From contig LVLI01000190.1 of the NCBI GenBank assembly GCA_001687465.1, positions 1 to 64,000 of the forward strand: a DNA stretch of 64,000 nt, in the 5' to 3' direction. This document shows positions 1 to 10,800 of the stretch, piece by piece. The position numbers were made by a program, and so were the translations under genes. Within the stretch, counting starts at the first letter, position 1. Every line of letters begins with the position of its first letter. Source of the stretch: Halocafeteria seosinensis (taxonomy: Eukaryota). The notes under the pieces were generated by a model, which worked only from the letters and a program-made list of their open reading frames with translations, was not told the DNA's origin and made no database searches.

Positions 1-2410
1 ATATGAATCCTCGCCGGCTCACATATTACGACATGGGCTAACACGTCCATCCTTTAAGTACTGTAGTGCCCTTTATATCCCTGGAATTCCATCTGGAGGC
101 ATCCAAAGGAAGAAAACCCCACTGTCGCATCGGTGACTGGAATTTCACTTCCCAACCCAGCGATATGAATCCTTTGCCAGCTCACATATTACGATACGGG
201 CTAACCATTCCAGCCTTAAAGAAATGTAGTGCTCTTTATATCATTCTCCAGTTCCATGGGGAAGCATCCGAAGGAAGAAATCCCCCCGTTGCGTCGTGTG
301 GCGTCGGTGATCGGAAATTTCACTTCCCAATCCACCGATATGAATCCTTGCCGGCTCACATATTACGATACGGGCTAACCATTCCAGCCTTAAAGAAATG
401 TAGTGCTCTTTATATCCCTGGGATCCCACCTGGAGGCATCCAAAGGAAGAAAACCCCACTGTCGCATCGGTGGTCTAAAATTTTCAATTCCGAAGCTACC
501 GATACGAATCCTCGCCGGCTCACATATAACGACATGGCCTATCGATTCCATCCTTAAAGAAATATAGTGACCTTTATATCCCTGGAATTCCACCTGGAGG
601 CATCCAAAGGAAGAAAACACCACTCTCGCGTCGTGTGGCGTCGGTGATCGGAATTTTCACTTCCCAATCCACCGATATGAATCCTCGCCACCTCACATAT
701 TACGATACGGGATAACCATTCCATCCTTAAAGAAATGTAGTGCTCTTTATATCCCTGGAATTCGATCTGGAGGCATCCAAAGGAAGAAAACCCCACTGTC
801 GCGTCGTGGGGCATAGTTGATTCCAATGCCCAATCCAGCGATATGAATCCTCGCCGGCTCACATATTACGACATGGGCTAACAATTCCATCCTTTAAGTA
901 CTGTAGTGCCCTTTATATCCCTGGAATTCCATCTGGAGGCATCCAAAGGAAGAAAACCCCACTGTCGCATCGGTGACTGGAATTTCACTTCCCAACCCAG
1001 CGATATGAATCCTTGCCAGCTCACATATTACGATACGGGCTAACCATTCCAGCCTTAAAGAAATGTAGTGCTCTTTATATCATTCTCCAGTTCCATGGGG
1101 AAGCATCCGAAGGAACAAATCCCCCCCGTTGCGTCGTGTGGCGTCGGTGATCGGAAATTTCACTTCCCAATCCACCGATATGAATCCTTGCCGGCTCACA
1201 TATTACGACATGGGCTAACGATTCCATCCTTAAAGAAATGTAGTGCCCATTATATCCCTGGAATTCCATCTGGAGGCATCCAAAGAAGAAAACCGTCGTG
1301 TGGCATCGGTGACCGGAATTCCAATGCCTAATCCAGCGATATGAATCCTCGCCGGCTCACATATTACGACATGGGCTAACACGTCCATCCTTTAAGTACT
1401 GTAGTGCCCTTTATATCCCTGGAATTCCATCTGGAGGCATCCAAAGGAAGAAAACCCCACTGTCGCATCGGTGACTGGAATTTCACTTCCCAACCCAGCG
1501 ATATGAACCCTTGCCAGCTCACATATTACGATACGGGCTAACCATTCCATCCTTAAAGAAATGTAGTGCTCTTTATATCATTCTCCAATTCCATGGGGAA
1601 GCATCCGAAGGAAGAAATCCCCCCGTTGCGTCGTGTGGCGTGAATATTCAATTCCGAAGCTACCGATACGAATCCTCGTCGGCTCACATATAACGACATG
1701 GGCTAACGATTCCATCCTTAAAGAAATGTAGTGCTGTTTATATCCCTGGAATTCCATCTGGAGGCATCCAAAGGAAAAAACCCACCCCGTTGCTTTGGTG
1801 GCGGGAATATTCAATTCCGAAGCTATCGATACGAATCCTCATCGGCTCACATATAACGACATGGGCTAACGATTCCATCCTTTAAGTACTGTAGTGCCCT
1901 TTATATCCCTCAAATTTTATGCGGAAGCATCCGAAGGAAGAAAACCCCACTGTCGCGTCGTCGGTGGTCTAAAATTTTCACTTCCCAATCCACCGATATG
2001 AATCCTCGCCAGCTCACATATTACGACACGGGCTAACCATTCCATCCTTAAAGAACTGTAGTGCCCTTTATATCATTCTCCAGTTCCATGGGGTAGCATC
2101 CGAAGGAAGAAATCCCCCCGTTGCGTCGTGTGGCGTCGGTGGGCGGAATTCCAATGCCCAACCCAGCGATATGAATCCTCGTCGGCTCACATATTACGAC
2201 ATGGGCTAACGATTCCATCCTTAAAGAACTGTAGTGCCCTTTATATCCCTGGAATTCCATCTGGAGGCATCCAAAGGAAGAAAACCCCGCTCTGGCGCCG
2301 GTAGCGGGAATTTCGGATTCCCACGCTACCGATATGTATGCTCGATCGTTTAAACATCAAAACGTGGGAAAATTATTTCATCCTCAAGGAACGGTATTTT
2401 CCTTTATAGC
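1..2410. repeat. Tandem satellite array, 14 monomers of 161-175 bp plus a degenerate terminal copy; continues beyond the window start
   Basis: Monomer anchor ATAYGAATCC-like at 1, 163, 338, 502, 675, 841, 1003, 1178, 1339, 1501, 1666, 1829, 1996, 2169 and a degenerate copy at 2332. Positions 1-337 recur almost exactly at 841-1177. Confidence 0.97.
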
Positions 2411-3514
2411 TTTCAATGCCTACTGGCTAAATGACTATCTTTCCAGAATTGCTAATCACAACGTGCAGAAACATGGGGTAACCGGTTCTGGTCCTCGCTC
2501 ACTAAAAACGCGGTAAACACGAATGTTGGCAGACCTCATAAAGAATATAAAACCTCTATCTTTCCACCAGGTGCTCTGATGTGCCAAGATCAGTTTGACA
2601 TCGGATTTGAAACGCGGGAACTGGCAGGGGATAAGCATTACCGTCCCATGTTCCGAGTCTACATACTTCATCCAGACCGCAAAGAAGCAACAACTACCTT
2701 GAGATTTACAGATTCGTTCCAATTCGCGGATGAAATACACCCTGCACAGTGTACACATGTGGACAGCGTACATTCAAAACAGCCCCCCGGACAACACCTC
2801 TGGCCCAGACGATAAAATACTGTATCCATGCACCTGACCTCACGCACTAACTTACATGCTATGCATCTCTTTATGTAGATGTATGTCCTGAAGGAAATAG
2901 GGGCACAGTGTCATTATAAAAAGCTTCATACGAGATGTCCTGTCCTCTCCCAGCCTGTGAACCCCTATATTTTTTGTCCCCAGGGAGCGCCCCCATACAT
3001 TTTCCTTTACCCTTTCCACGGCCCCCAGCCTCGGCAATGTGGAAGGTGCTCATAACACTCCCTATACGTCAGAAAACTAAATCAACAACTTAGCATCTAT
3101 CTCGACGAGACTAACTGTCGTACTGCAGCTGCGCGAGATTAAAACAACCAATGCATTGGACAAAATAATCTGATCCACATTCACTAATCTCCCAGCATGC
3201 GACTGCAGCCGGGGTCGCAGCGAGCACATTCAACATGAGACCCGTTTCTGAGGAAATTCCATTCCTTGAAAACATCGAACTACAATACATCATGCTTGGT
3301 CACATCGAATGCACCAGCCAAACATTTTAGACATTAAGACGGAGGTCCATTTTAATGTTCGCACCCGTTCTCTTCTCCTCACTGCCAGCGGCATTCTGCA
3401 GCGAAATCGATGTGCGGCCTAGGCTTTGGAGAATAGACCAGTGACCGTTCATATCCTGCAAGTACACGCAAATTACAGGTATGTAATTCTAGAATGTATC
3501 AATTCGAATTTCGA

Positions 3515-4245
3515 NACCAGGGTGGTGGGTGGGGGTACCGGTGGTAGGGCTTACCGGGGTGGTGGTGGGGTGAGAGGTGGTGCGGTACCCACTGGTGGTA
3601 AAGTGTGGTTTACCGGTGGTACCGATCGGATCGTACTGGCCTGAGAGTCGTGAACGCGAATGCTTCCTTTCCTTTAAATGTTTCCTGCTGTTACAATATA
3701 TCATCACTCTGCCTTCTCAATTCAACAGCTTCTTCCTTCAACTCGCTAAGGCTCTCTGGAGCATGGCACGCATTGGATTCGGCGATTTGCTGCGCTGCCG
3801 TGAGCATGTGATATCCTCTTGGTTTTCAAAGAACAGGGAGAGTACGTTATGTACGTTGAATTCTTCCTTACCAATATGATACTTGCAGATAACCCTGTAT
3901 AACTGCTAAAGCATCTGCGACGCCTTTCGCCTCGTGGATCGAGTCTGGAGACTAGCTTGAAAAGGCAGCATGCTTGACCTTGTTGAAAACAGTAGTACTG
4001 TAGTGTGTATTATTGTTCAAAACTGTCAAAACCCGCTCCCGGAGACCCATGTTGGGTCTTATCTGACGAATAGATTCGGTAAGCGCAATAGTTAAAACCC
4101 GGCTAACTTCCTCAATAGTATTGTTCAAATCTGTTCGCGTTGGAAGTAACCCTACCCAGTTGACAAGATCCTTCAACTGTATCTCACCGTGAGCCTTCAT
4201 GGTGGTCTTTGCCACTGCACTAATAATTTGACCTGGGGCAAACAT
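3515..4245 (-). pseudogene. Disrupted ORF, possibly a retroelement gag-like relic
   Basis: ORF 3952-4245 continues past a TAG as SPDSIHEAKGVADALAVIQGY, then in shifted frames KEEFNVHNVLSLFF and PESLSELKEEAVELRR, ending in a T/P/H-rich tail at the N at 3514. No introns seen. The family assignment is only a guess from character and context. Confidence 0.3.
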
Positions 4246-4258
4246 TTGTGAGAGGGTG

Positions 4259-4306
4259 TATCACCCGCCAACGTGAAATCAATTGATTTCACGTTGGCGG
4301 GTGATA
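4259..4306. repeat. Perfect 48-bp palindrome with no loop
   Basis: TATCACCCGCCAACGTGAAATCAA followed directly by its reverse complement TTGATTTCACGTTGGCGGGTGATA. Confidence 0.98.
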
Positions 4307-4545
4307 GGGCATTTTAACCAGTATATAATAATTTATGCCGGATTTTAATATAAAATGCCGGATTTATTTAATAAAAAATAATAAATAATGCCGGCTATAA
4401 GTTAAATTGTATGTGTAATTTTCAGTGTAATTTTCAATGTAATTCATCGCTAAATTGTGGGTGTGATTTTCAATGTAATTCATCGCTAAATTGTCGGTCT
4501 AATTTTCGTACCCTATTAGTAATAATTTAGNTTGTATTTAAATAA

Positions 4546-4553
4546 AAAATTGA
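4546..4553 (+). promoter_or_regulatory. AAAATTGA motif matching the Mimiviridae early-promoter consensus
   Basis: Lies in AAATAAAAAATTGATTTTTTATTT, 37 nt before the ATG at 4591, in AT-rich context. AAAATTGA is the established mimivirus early-promoter element. Confidence 0.6.
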
Positions 4554-4590
4554 TTTTTTATTTTGTTATTTGAAATAATNAAATAATAAA

Positions 4591-5070
4591 ATGCAACTTT
4601 CACTCCCCACTTTTGAACCAACCGAAGAAGAGCTAGAATGGGCTAAAACAGCTTGCCAAAAAGCTCTTGAAAAAATACCTTCTTTAACAGCAAATGGTAC
4701 TAAACCTGATAGTCACCCTGAATCAATATACCAGAAACTTTTAGAAATGGTCAAAGTTTTACGTTTCTTCCAGCAGAATTATATTTCCCAAACCAAATAC
4801 CCTACTCAAAATAATGATTCATATAGTATGAAACATCTTGGATGAAGGCTAATTACGAAGATAATTGCCGTGTATCTCAAGGTGCTTTTATTGCTTCCGC
4901 TCTAGCTTTAGGGCGTTAATTCCCCGTTATGGAATTATAAGGTGGGCTATCTGTCACATTTGTGTGTGTGTAATTATAAATGTATAAATGGAACTGAAAG
5001 TGTTTTCTTTAACTTTCGCTCTTCCTCACCTAAGGTTATTAAGCGGAAAGTAGGTATAATCACGGTGTGA
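4591..5070 (+). pseudogene. Virus/phage-like small protein (~160 aa) with SYxxKH...SxGAFIAxA..LG...FN motif, broken by two compensating frameshifts
   Basis: ORF 4591-4845 ends ..DSYSMKHL. The -1 frame from 4842 reads MKANYEDNCRVSQGAFIASALALG. The original frame resumes at 4915 as VNSPLWNYK..ESVFFNFRSSSPKVIKRKVGIITV, with TGA at 5068-5070. Intronless with AT-rich codons. Nearby Ns make sequencing indels possible. Confidence 0.6.
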
Positions 5071-5470
5071 TAATACTATAAATATAAAAGTGATTTTTAT
5101 AAACCGGCTGTCGGTTCTGTCCCAATATAAAAATATTCACTTGGACTTTTTTTAGCGTTTTTTTCCCTGTTATATAGCGATAGTCCCTACATGGATGGAG
5201 TGTCACAAGTACCTCCAGATTTCTATATGGTATTTTTATATAGGAATAAACCCGGCATTTTATATTATAATCCGGCATAAATTGTTATATGCCGGTTAAA
5301 ATACTCTATCACCCGCCAGTCCAGTAGTCCTAATGAAGTCATTGGAGAAGCACTTCGTAAACAAAAGTATTTTGATGTTGGTAATGACGAGATGGGAGGT
5401 GCCATTGGTAAATGGCTCAAGTTCTCAAGCGCGTATATTACCATGCGAGAAGACAAACCAGAACAAAGTG

Positions 5471-5614
5471 CCAAACATGAAGCTGGGAAAAGTCGAAAAA
5501 ACGAAAAGAAGATCAAGCGATAGAAGCCTTTCGGCTTAACTACCAAACATGAAGCTGGGAAAAGTCGAAAAAACGAAAAGAAGATCAAGCGATAGAAGCC
5601 TTTCGGCTTAACTA
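5471..5614 (+). repeat. Exact 72-bp tandem duplication covering the end of a truncated ORF plus a small hairpin
   Basis: CCAAACATGAAGCTGGG...GATAGAAGCCTTTCGGCTTAACTA at 5471-5542 and again at 5543-5614. Confidence 0.95.
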
Positions 5615-6019
5615 CACCGATAGTGTTTGAAGGGAACGGCTACCTGGATCATTTCAAATTTTTTCAACACTGGCTTTCTGGCTGTTCCTCCCCATCAAGA
5701 CGAGTCCCAGCTTCACACAGGTAGTCTGAGTCGCTCCGATACATCGAACAAAAAGCATAGGGGACGGAGTGGAAGGGAAGAACCAAGGGAGTGGGGGACA
5801 AAAGGGAACTTCAACAAAAATGCTGAGGAGATGCGGCGAATGCATCATATTGAACCTTTATCTGACGGGTTGTCCTGTGTGTATGTTTACAGACGGAATA
5901 GCGGCGTCTCTGCGTTGTGTCGTTGCTTCGATACGTCTGTTGTGTTTTGTGGAATAGCTTGGCCCTCTGACGTGGCGCAACACGGTTAACTCGTTCTTTT
6001 TCCCGGATACAAGCGTATA

Positions 6020-7732
6020 ATGACCACTTACGACAAGGTAGCCACCGACGGTAAGTCTCAGGAGTCTCCATCGACTCAGACGAGCCCCGTCAAGAAGCGC
6101 CGGAGTAGGAGTGCGTCGAGAAAGACGCCAAAACGAACGGCAAAATCCTCCACCAAGGAGGAGGATACAGATCATACCATATTTAAATGGGATTCCTGGG
6201 GCGATTCCTTGGATCCTGACAAACTAGATGCCATCACTAGAGAAGAGCAGTGGAAGGAGACGAATGAGGCTGAAACATGCGCCAAAAATGCTGATGAGTC
6301 CACAGAGAAGAAACTTAAAGGAGCCGGAGTTCAAGCCAGCGAGCCTCTATTTAAACAAATTCGAGAGCATATCAGTACGTCTACGTTGCTGTTAGAGCTA
6401 CGAGTTGTCCTCTGTTTATTTGGGGCCGTCTGTACTCACTGCAGAAAAATACGGCAAGTCGGACCGGACAAAAGCGTTCAGGACCCTCGCCATTGCATTG
6501 ACGTTATTTGCCGCCACGACTTTGTTGTGGATGTTTATGTGGCATAGCGCATGTGGTCCGAACTCCCCAGATGGAGAGGAGTGTTTTGAAAAATATGGCA
6601 CTGCCTGGCGACTGGCATGGATTGTGTTTCGCGGTCTAGCATTGGTATGTACCTTGATCGTTTTTGCCAGGTTTGTGAGGTGTAATCATTTAGGAAAGTG
6701 GTAAGTTGCTCACAGGTGCGGATATTTGTCATATTCCACGATTGCTGCCATCTGTCCTTCCTTCCTACCCCTCGAGAAAACCGGCTGGTTGGAATTTTTG
6801 TCGGGGGCATTGTGCTTACCCCTTTTGAATATTGGCGGGGAACACACGTATTGCATCACAGGTGAGTGAAACTCGATCGGAAACCGGTTGTTTCGATTTC
6901 GGTCTCACATGAGTTTTCGATAATTGTTTGTTGCAGAGTGTACGGAAATTCGGCACTCCACGATCCGGCGAGGACCACGAGATTCACACGACAAGAGTAT
7001 GAGAATATGCCGCTATGGAAGAAGACCTTGTGCCGCTTCTTTCGCGATCCCTTTGTATTTTTCATTGTTGCACCGGTAATGGTGTTCATGATTGTCTACC
7101 GGTTCATGCGTGGAGGCATGATTGTAAGTGGATATTGTGGAGCGCGCAAGTTTTCATCTCGGGAAGTAGTTAGTATGGTCGCTGTCTCAGGTGAACGTTT
7201 ATAAGGCATTGGAATGGGCTCTTTTCTTTTATCTAACTGGAGGCGGATTCTGCTGGCTTCGCGATGAGTTCTGCGCTAGCATGGTCGCTGGTGCGGTAGG
7301 GTTCATGCTGTTCCATTTACAGGTAAGATGCGTTTTGCTGCGTATATGGTAGTAGCATCTGCTTGACATGTTACTAAAACTGTGCGACTGCAGCACCACG
7401 TTAATATATCGTACTTCGAACCCCCGGAAAACCATACTGTCGAACAGGCGGCAATCTATGGCAGCACACATCTCCATATCCCATGGTATCTTAAGTGGTT
7501 CAGTTTGGGGATCGAGTATCATCATATTCATCATTTCAATATGAGAGTTCCCTGCTACAATCTCCAGCAGTGCCACGAGGAGGCACCCGAATACTTTTGG
7601 AAGGATGTGCCCACTCTTCCACCCCATAAAGCCTTTCGTGGCCTGTTCAATACGATGTGGAATCCAGAAAGGTATCGATATGAGAGTTTCTGGCCTTATG
7701 AGCCGGTACTTCAAGCAACTCTAGGGGAATAA
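6020..7732 (+). CDS. Membrane fatty-acid desaturase (omega-6/Des-like), multi-exon
   Basis: Three histidine boxes HDCCH, HVLHH and HHIHH; also FFRDPFVFF and IPWYLKWFSLGIEYHHIHHFNMRVPCYNL; GT-AG introns. Confidence 0.9.
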
Positions 7733-7824
7733 AATAGAGCAGAACGTAGGGATGGTATGAATGTCAAATTCATCCACGTGTGACGTAGTATTTTTTTTGC
7801 CCATCCTAACGCTGCTATGGAGTG

Positions 7825-10800
7825 CTATTTACCATTATACGTAGAGTTCTTACCGTCAAAACCTATTTCGTCCAAAACTGACCGTGGCAGCGCATAGCTA
7901 TCTCCGTTCTCCCCGGGCGAACTAGGGTACTGATTCCCGACCTGACTGGCTAATTGCCCAAGAAGGTGCGTATCCGGGGAGACACCAGGCGATTGCCACG
8001 CTAATGTGGACCACAGGCTGCTTTGGCTTCCGAATGGATATCCATCTGATTGGAACCGGTTCTCCTCCAGTGTATCATCCTGTTTATTCCGGTTTCTTCC
8101 CGGTGAAAAGCTTAAGGTTTCACCCATTATAGCACTTATATTTGGACTCGAGGATGGCGCATCGTAGTGACTAGCGGTTCCGGAATGCGCTTTGTCGTCA
8201 CAGCTTTCATCATACTCATCGTCCACGTTTTCTTCGCATAGTGACACAGAAGGATTGAAAGGATGGTCCGAGGAGAGAGAAAATACATCGGGATGCTGTT
8301 CCAAGAATTTCTTGAGACCACCCCACTTTTCCTTCAGGATTGAAGACAAAGAAGAATTGCTCGTAGCCTCTTGCAACAATTTGCCGATTTCTCCCACTGG
8401 AAGTGATCCTTTCTCGGACAGTACCTCTTTTGCTAAGCGCACAACCGCGGATGACGTAACTTCGGAATCCAACAAGAAAGCGATATAATCAAGTTGGTGC
8501 CACAGGTCTTGTTTTCTGACACCAAAGCACTCCGCATAGAGGGACTCTATACTATCTGGGAGAACAAGCTTTTTCTCTGCGGCTGACTGGCCCTCGGGCA
8601 ACTCATTCCAAATGTGCCGCATGCGTCCTTTTGCTGCTTCTAAGGAGTTTTCTATATCCAAACTGTCGTTATCGCTTTCTTGGCTATGTTGGAAAAACCG
8701 GTTACACACGTCTGGAAGAATGTGGTGCATGGAGGACATAAAACCAGACTCTGAGTTGTGTGAATTGCGGCTGGAAGCCGCCACGAAAAGTGAAACAATC
8801 ATTCGCACGCCTTGCGGACAAGCGGACGTCATCAGTTGTCGGAACGAGTCTATGCTCAAACACTCATCAAGGGTGTTGCAGCAAGGGTCAAGGACGTCTC
8901 CAATCACGGCCTTCTCGCGAGACGAGTCTTGCATTATCTTGCTGCAGAAGTTGTTAAACGCATCATCAGAGTTGATGTAACGTAGAAGCTCGGCAGCAAA
9001 ATCTTCCATTTCCGACCGGGCATTTCTTCGAGTTACTTTTTCACGGATCGCGCTTAATTCACTTTCTTCAATAAATGAAGAAGAATGGTCTTCTTCGTTC
9101 TCCGTGCATGCCTGCTCTAACTCAGCAGCACGTGAGTCACAGCTCTTCGCAACCTGTAACAGTCTTTGAGTCAACATATCCTCAACTGCAACGGAGCCTT
9201 TTCCTTTGTCCTTGCTACTTTTTTCTGACTTGCGCTGATTCCTTGATACCTCACTAAGCTTTTCAGCAACGTTTTGAGCGTTTCGCAAGAAGGAGCTTCG
9301 GCTTCGACGCTCCCACTCCACCAATGGGACCTTGCCTTCGAACGTTAGAGCATGGGTATCCCATGGAAATGTACTTAAATCCAGAAGAAGCCACGCTAGG
9401 GCGTGAAGAGGGCTTAAGATGTGCTGTCGTCGCCTGCTAAACACGTATAACATTGAAGTGACCAAAGATGACCACGGCATAATCACCGCATATTCCTGGG
9501 AATCTTGCTTATCGAGGTATTTCCGGAGCTCTATGTTGAAGTACGTATCAGCGAGCATGATCGATCTGCGCAGCAAAAACTGTGAGTTTAGCGCTTGATC
9601 TCCCATCACCAGTACTGTAGCAAGTGCCAGACCGTGCATATCATTGGACGTGAGTGAGCACACAGTTCTGCCGACTTTGCACGAGATCCTGTCTCTTGAG
9701 TAGCCTCGCTGTTGGGGCGACTGTGAGAAGCGTCGTCCCCTGTTTGGGTTTGGCTCTTCTACACAATAAGCCGGAATATTCAAACTGGACAATTGACAAG
9801 GGACACGGAGAGAATGAAGCACAATGTCACTGGGAACATACGCCAGATCTGTTTCACGGTTCAAAGGGGACCTCTTCGAAAAGGAAGAAAATAAATGTGA
9901 CCGGCGCGACAAGCTATCGCTTAGCATGTCTTTCAAGACACCTGAACGGTCCAGTATTCTCAGCGCTTCATCCGAGACGTGACGTCTATGCGATTTTTTT
10001 CTCAGGGCTGGATGCTCATTCCCAGCTGAGAGTGCTGTCGCGGATTTATTGTGTCGTTCAGAGATGGACTTTGGTGAACTTGCCTCTGCACGTTGGTCTA
10101 TCGCTTCCGAGCCATATTGACCTGCCGTACTCGAAGTTATCCTACGCGCAATCCTCTCTGAAGTCGATTTATCTAAGCCCAACTTAGTTAAGTTGCGTCT
10201 CACTGATTTCTCTATAGACGCATCACCAGTTGTGCCGGAATTTTCGTGGTACTTGTATCCACCTTCATTGCTCGCCCGACCTTGACCCCTTTTTTTCTTC
10301 TTCGCACTGGAGTTGTGAGGATGGGGTCCTCCATTGCCTTCACTGACCCCAAATGGGGAAGCAGTACTGGAGTCCGTAGGCGCATCCGGACGTTGGAAAA
10401 GTTGTCCAGAACTACAGCTCCTGTCGAATGATCCTACGGAAGAATCGAGTATTGAAGCTGCATCGGATAGAGAGGCACATTGCCTTGTATATGAGTCGGT
10501 CTGAAAGGAGGAATACGTTGTCCGGGCTGAATCGCAGTGCAACTTGTTCGTCATCCACAGACATCTATCGTATTGGGAGTAATGGTCATCCAACTGACAT
10601 TCATATAAGGTATCGTTCAGATCATCAAATAACCTTTGAATATACCACGAGTTGTCCATCCACCAATTTCTTGCGACAGCCCCCGCGTCCAGCAACAGGT
10701 GAGCAACGGTGGAACTCCAATTTCTTGCAGATCGTCGGCTGAGAAACACTCCAATTTCAAACGGATGCCCTCGGTACGCAGCTCCTACTACAGACTTTCC

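Larger units (their letters stand above)
4295..5318. mobile_element. AT-rich ~1 kb element with ~85-bp imperfect terminal inverted repeats and TG..CA ends; no transposase
   Basis: Left end TGGCGGGTGATAGGGCATTTTAACCAGTATATAATAATTTATGCCGGATTTTAATATAAAATGCCGG (4295-~4380) matches the reverse complement of ~5231-5318. ATGCCGG boxes recur in both ends, a 36-bp subterminal tandem repeat lies at ~4430-4495, and composition shifts sharply to AT. Confidence 0.88.

Noticed and set aside
1..2330. CRISPR-like array or repeat-protein gene in the satellite
   Set aside because: The variable parts are recurring variants of each other, not unique spacers, and no cas genes are present. Monomer lengths break frame, so the ORFs are incidental.
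2420..3510. Short ORFs and possible orphan 3' exons on the minus strand
   Set aside because: No recognisable motif, and cut off by the N at 3514; cannot be supported.
3515..3640. Telomere-like G-rich tract
   Set aside because: Irregular GGT/TACCGG low complexity with no fixed unit; it abuts an N and fits the tail of the broken minus-strand ORF.
5307..5320. Resemblance of TATCACCCGCCAGT to the phage lambda operator
   Set aside because: Short, imperfect and without prophage context; explained as the TIR end.
5520..5614. Fanzor/TnpB omegaRNA or Helitron 3' end at the AAGCCTTTCGGCTT hairpin
   Set aside because: No RuvC or zinc-finger motifs in the adjacent peptide and no CTRR terminus.
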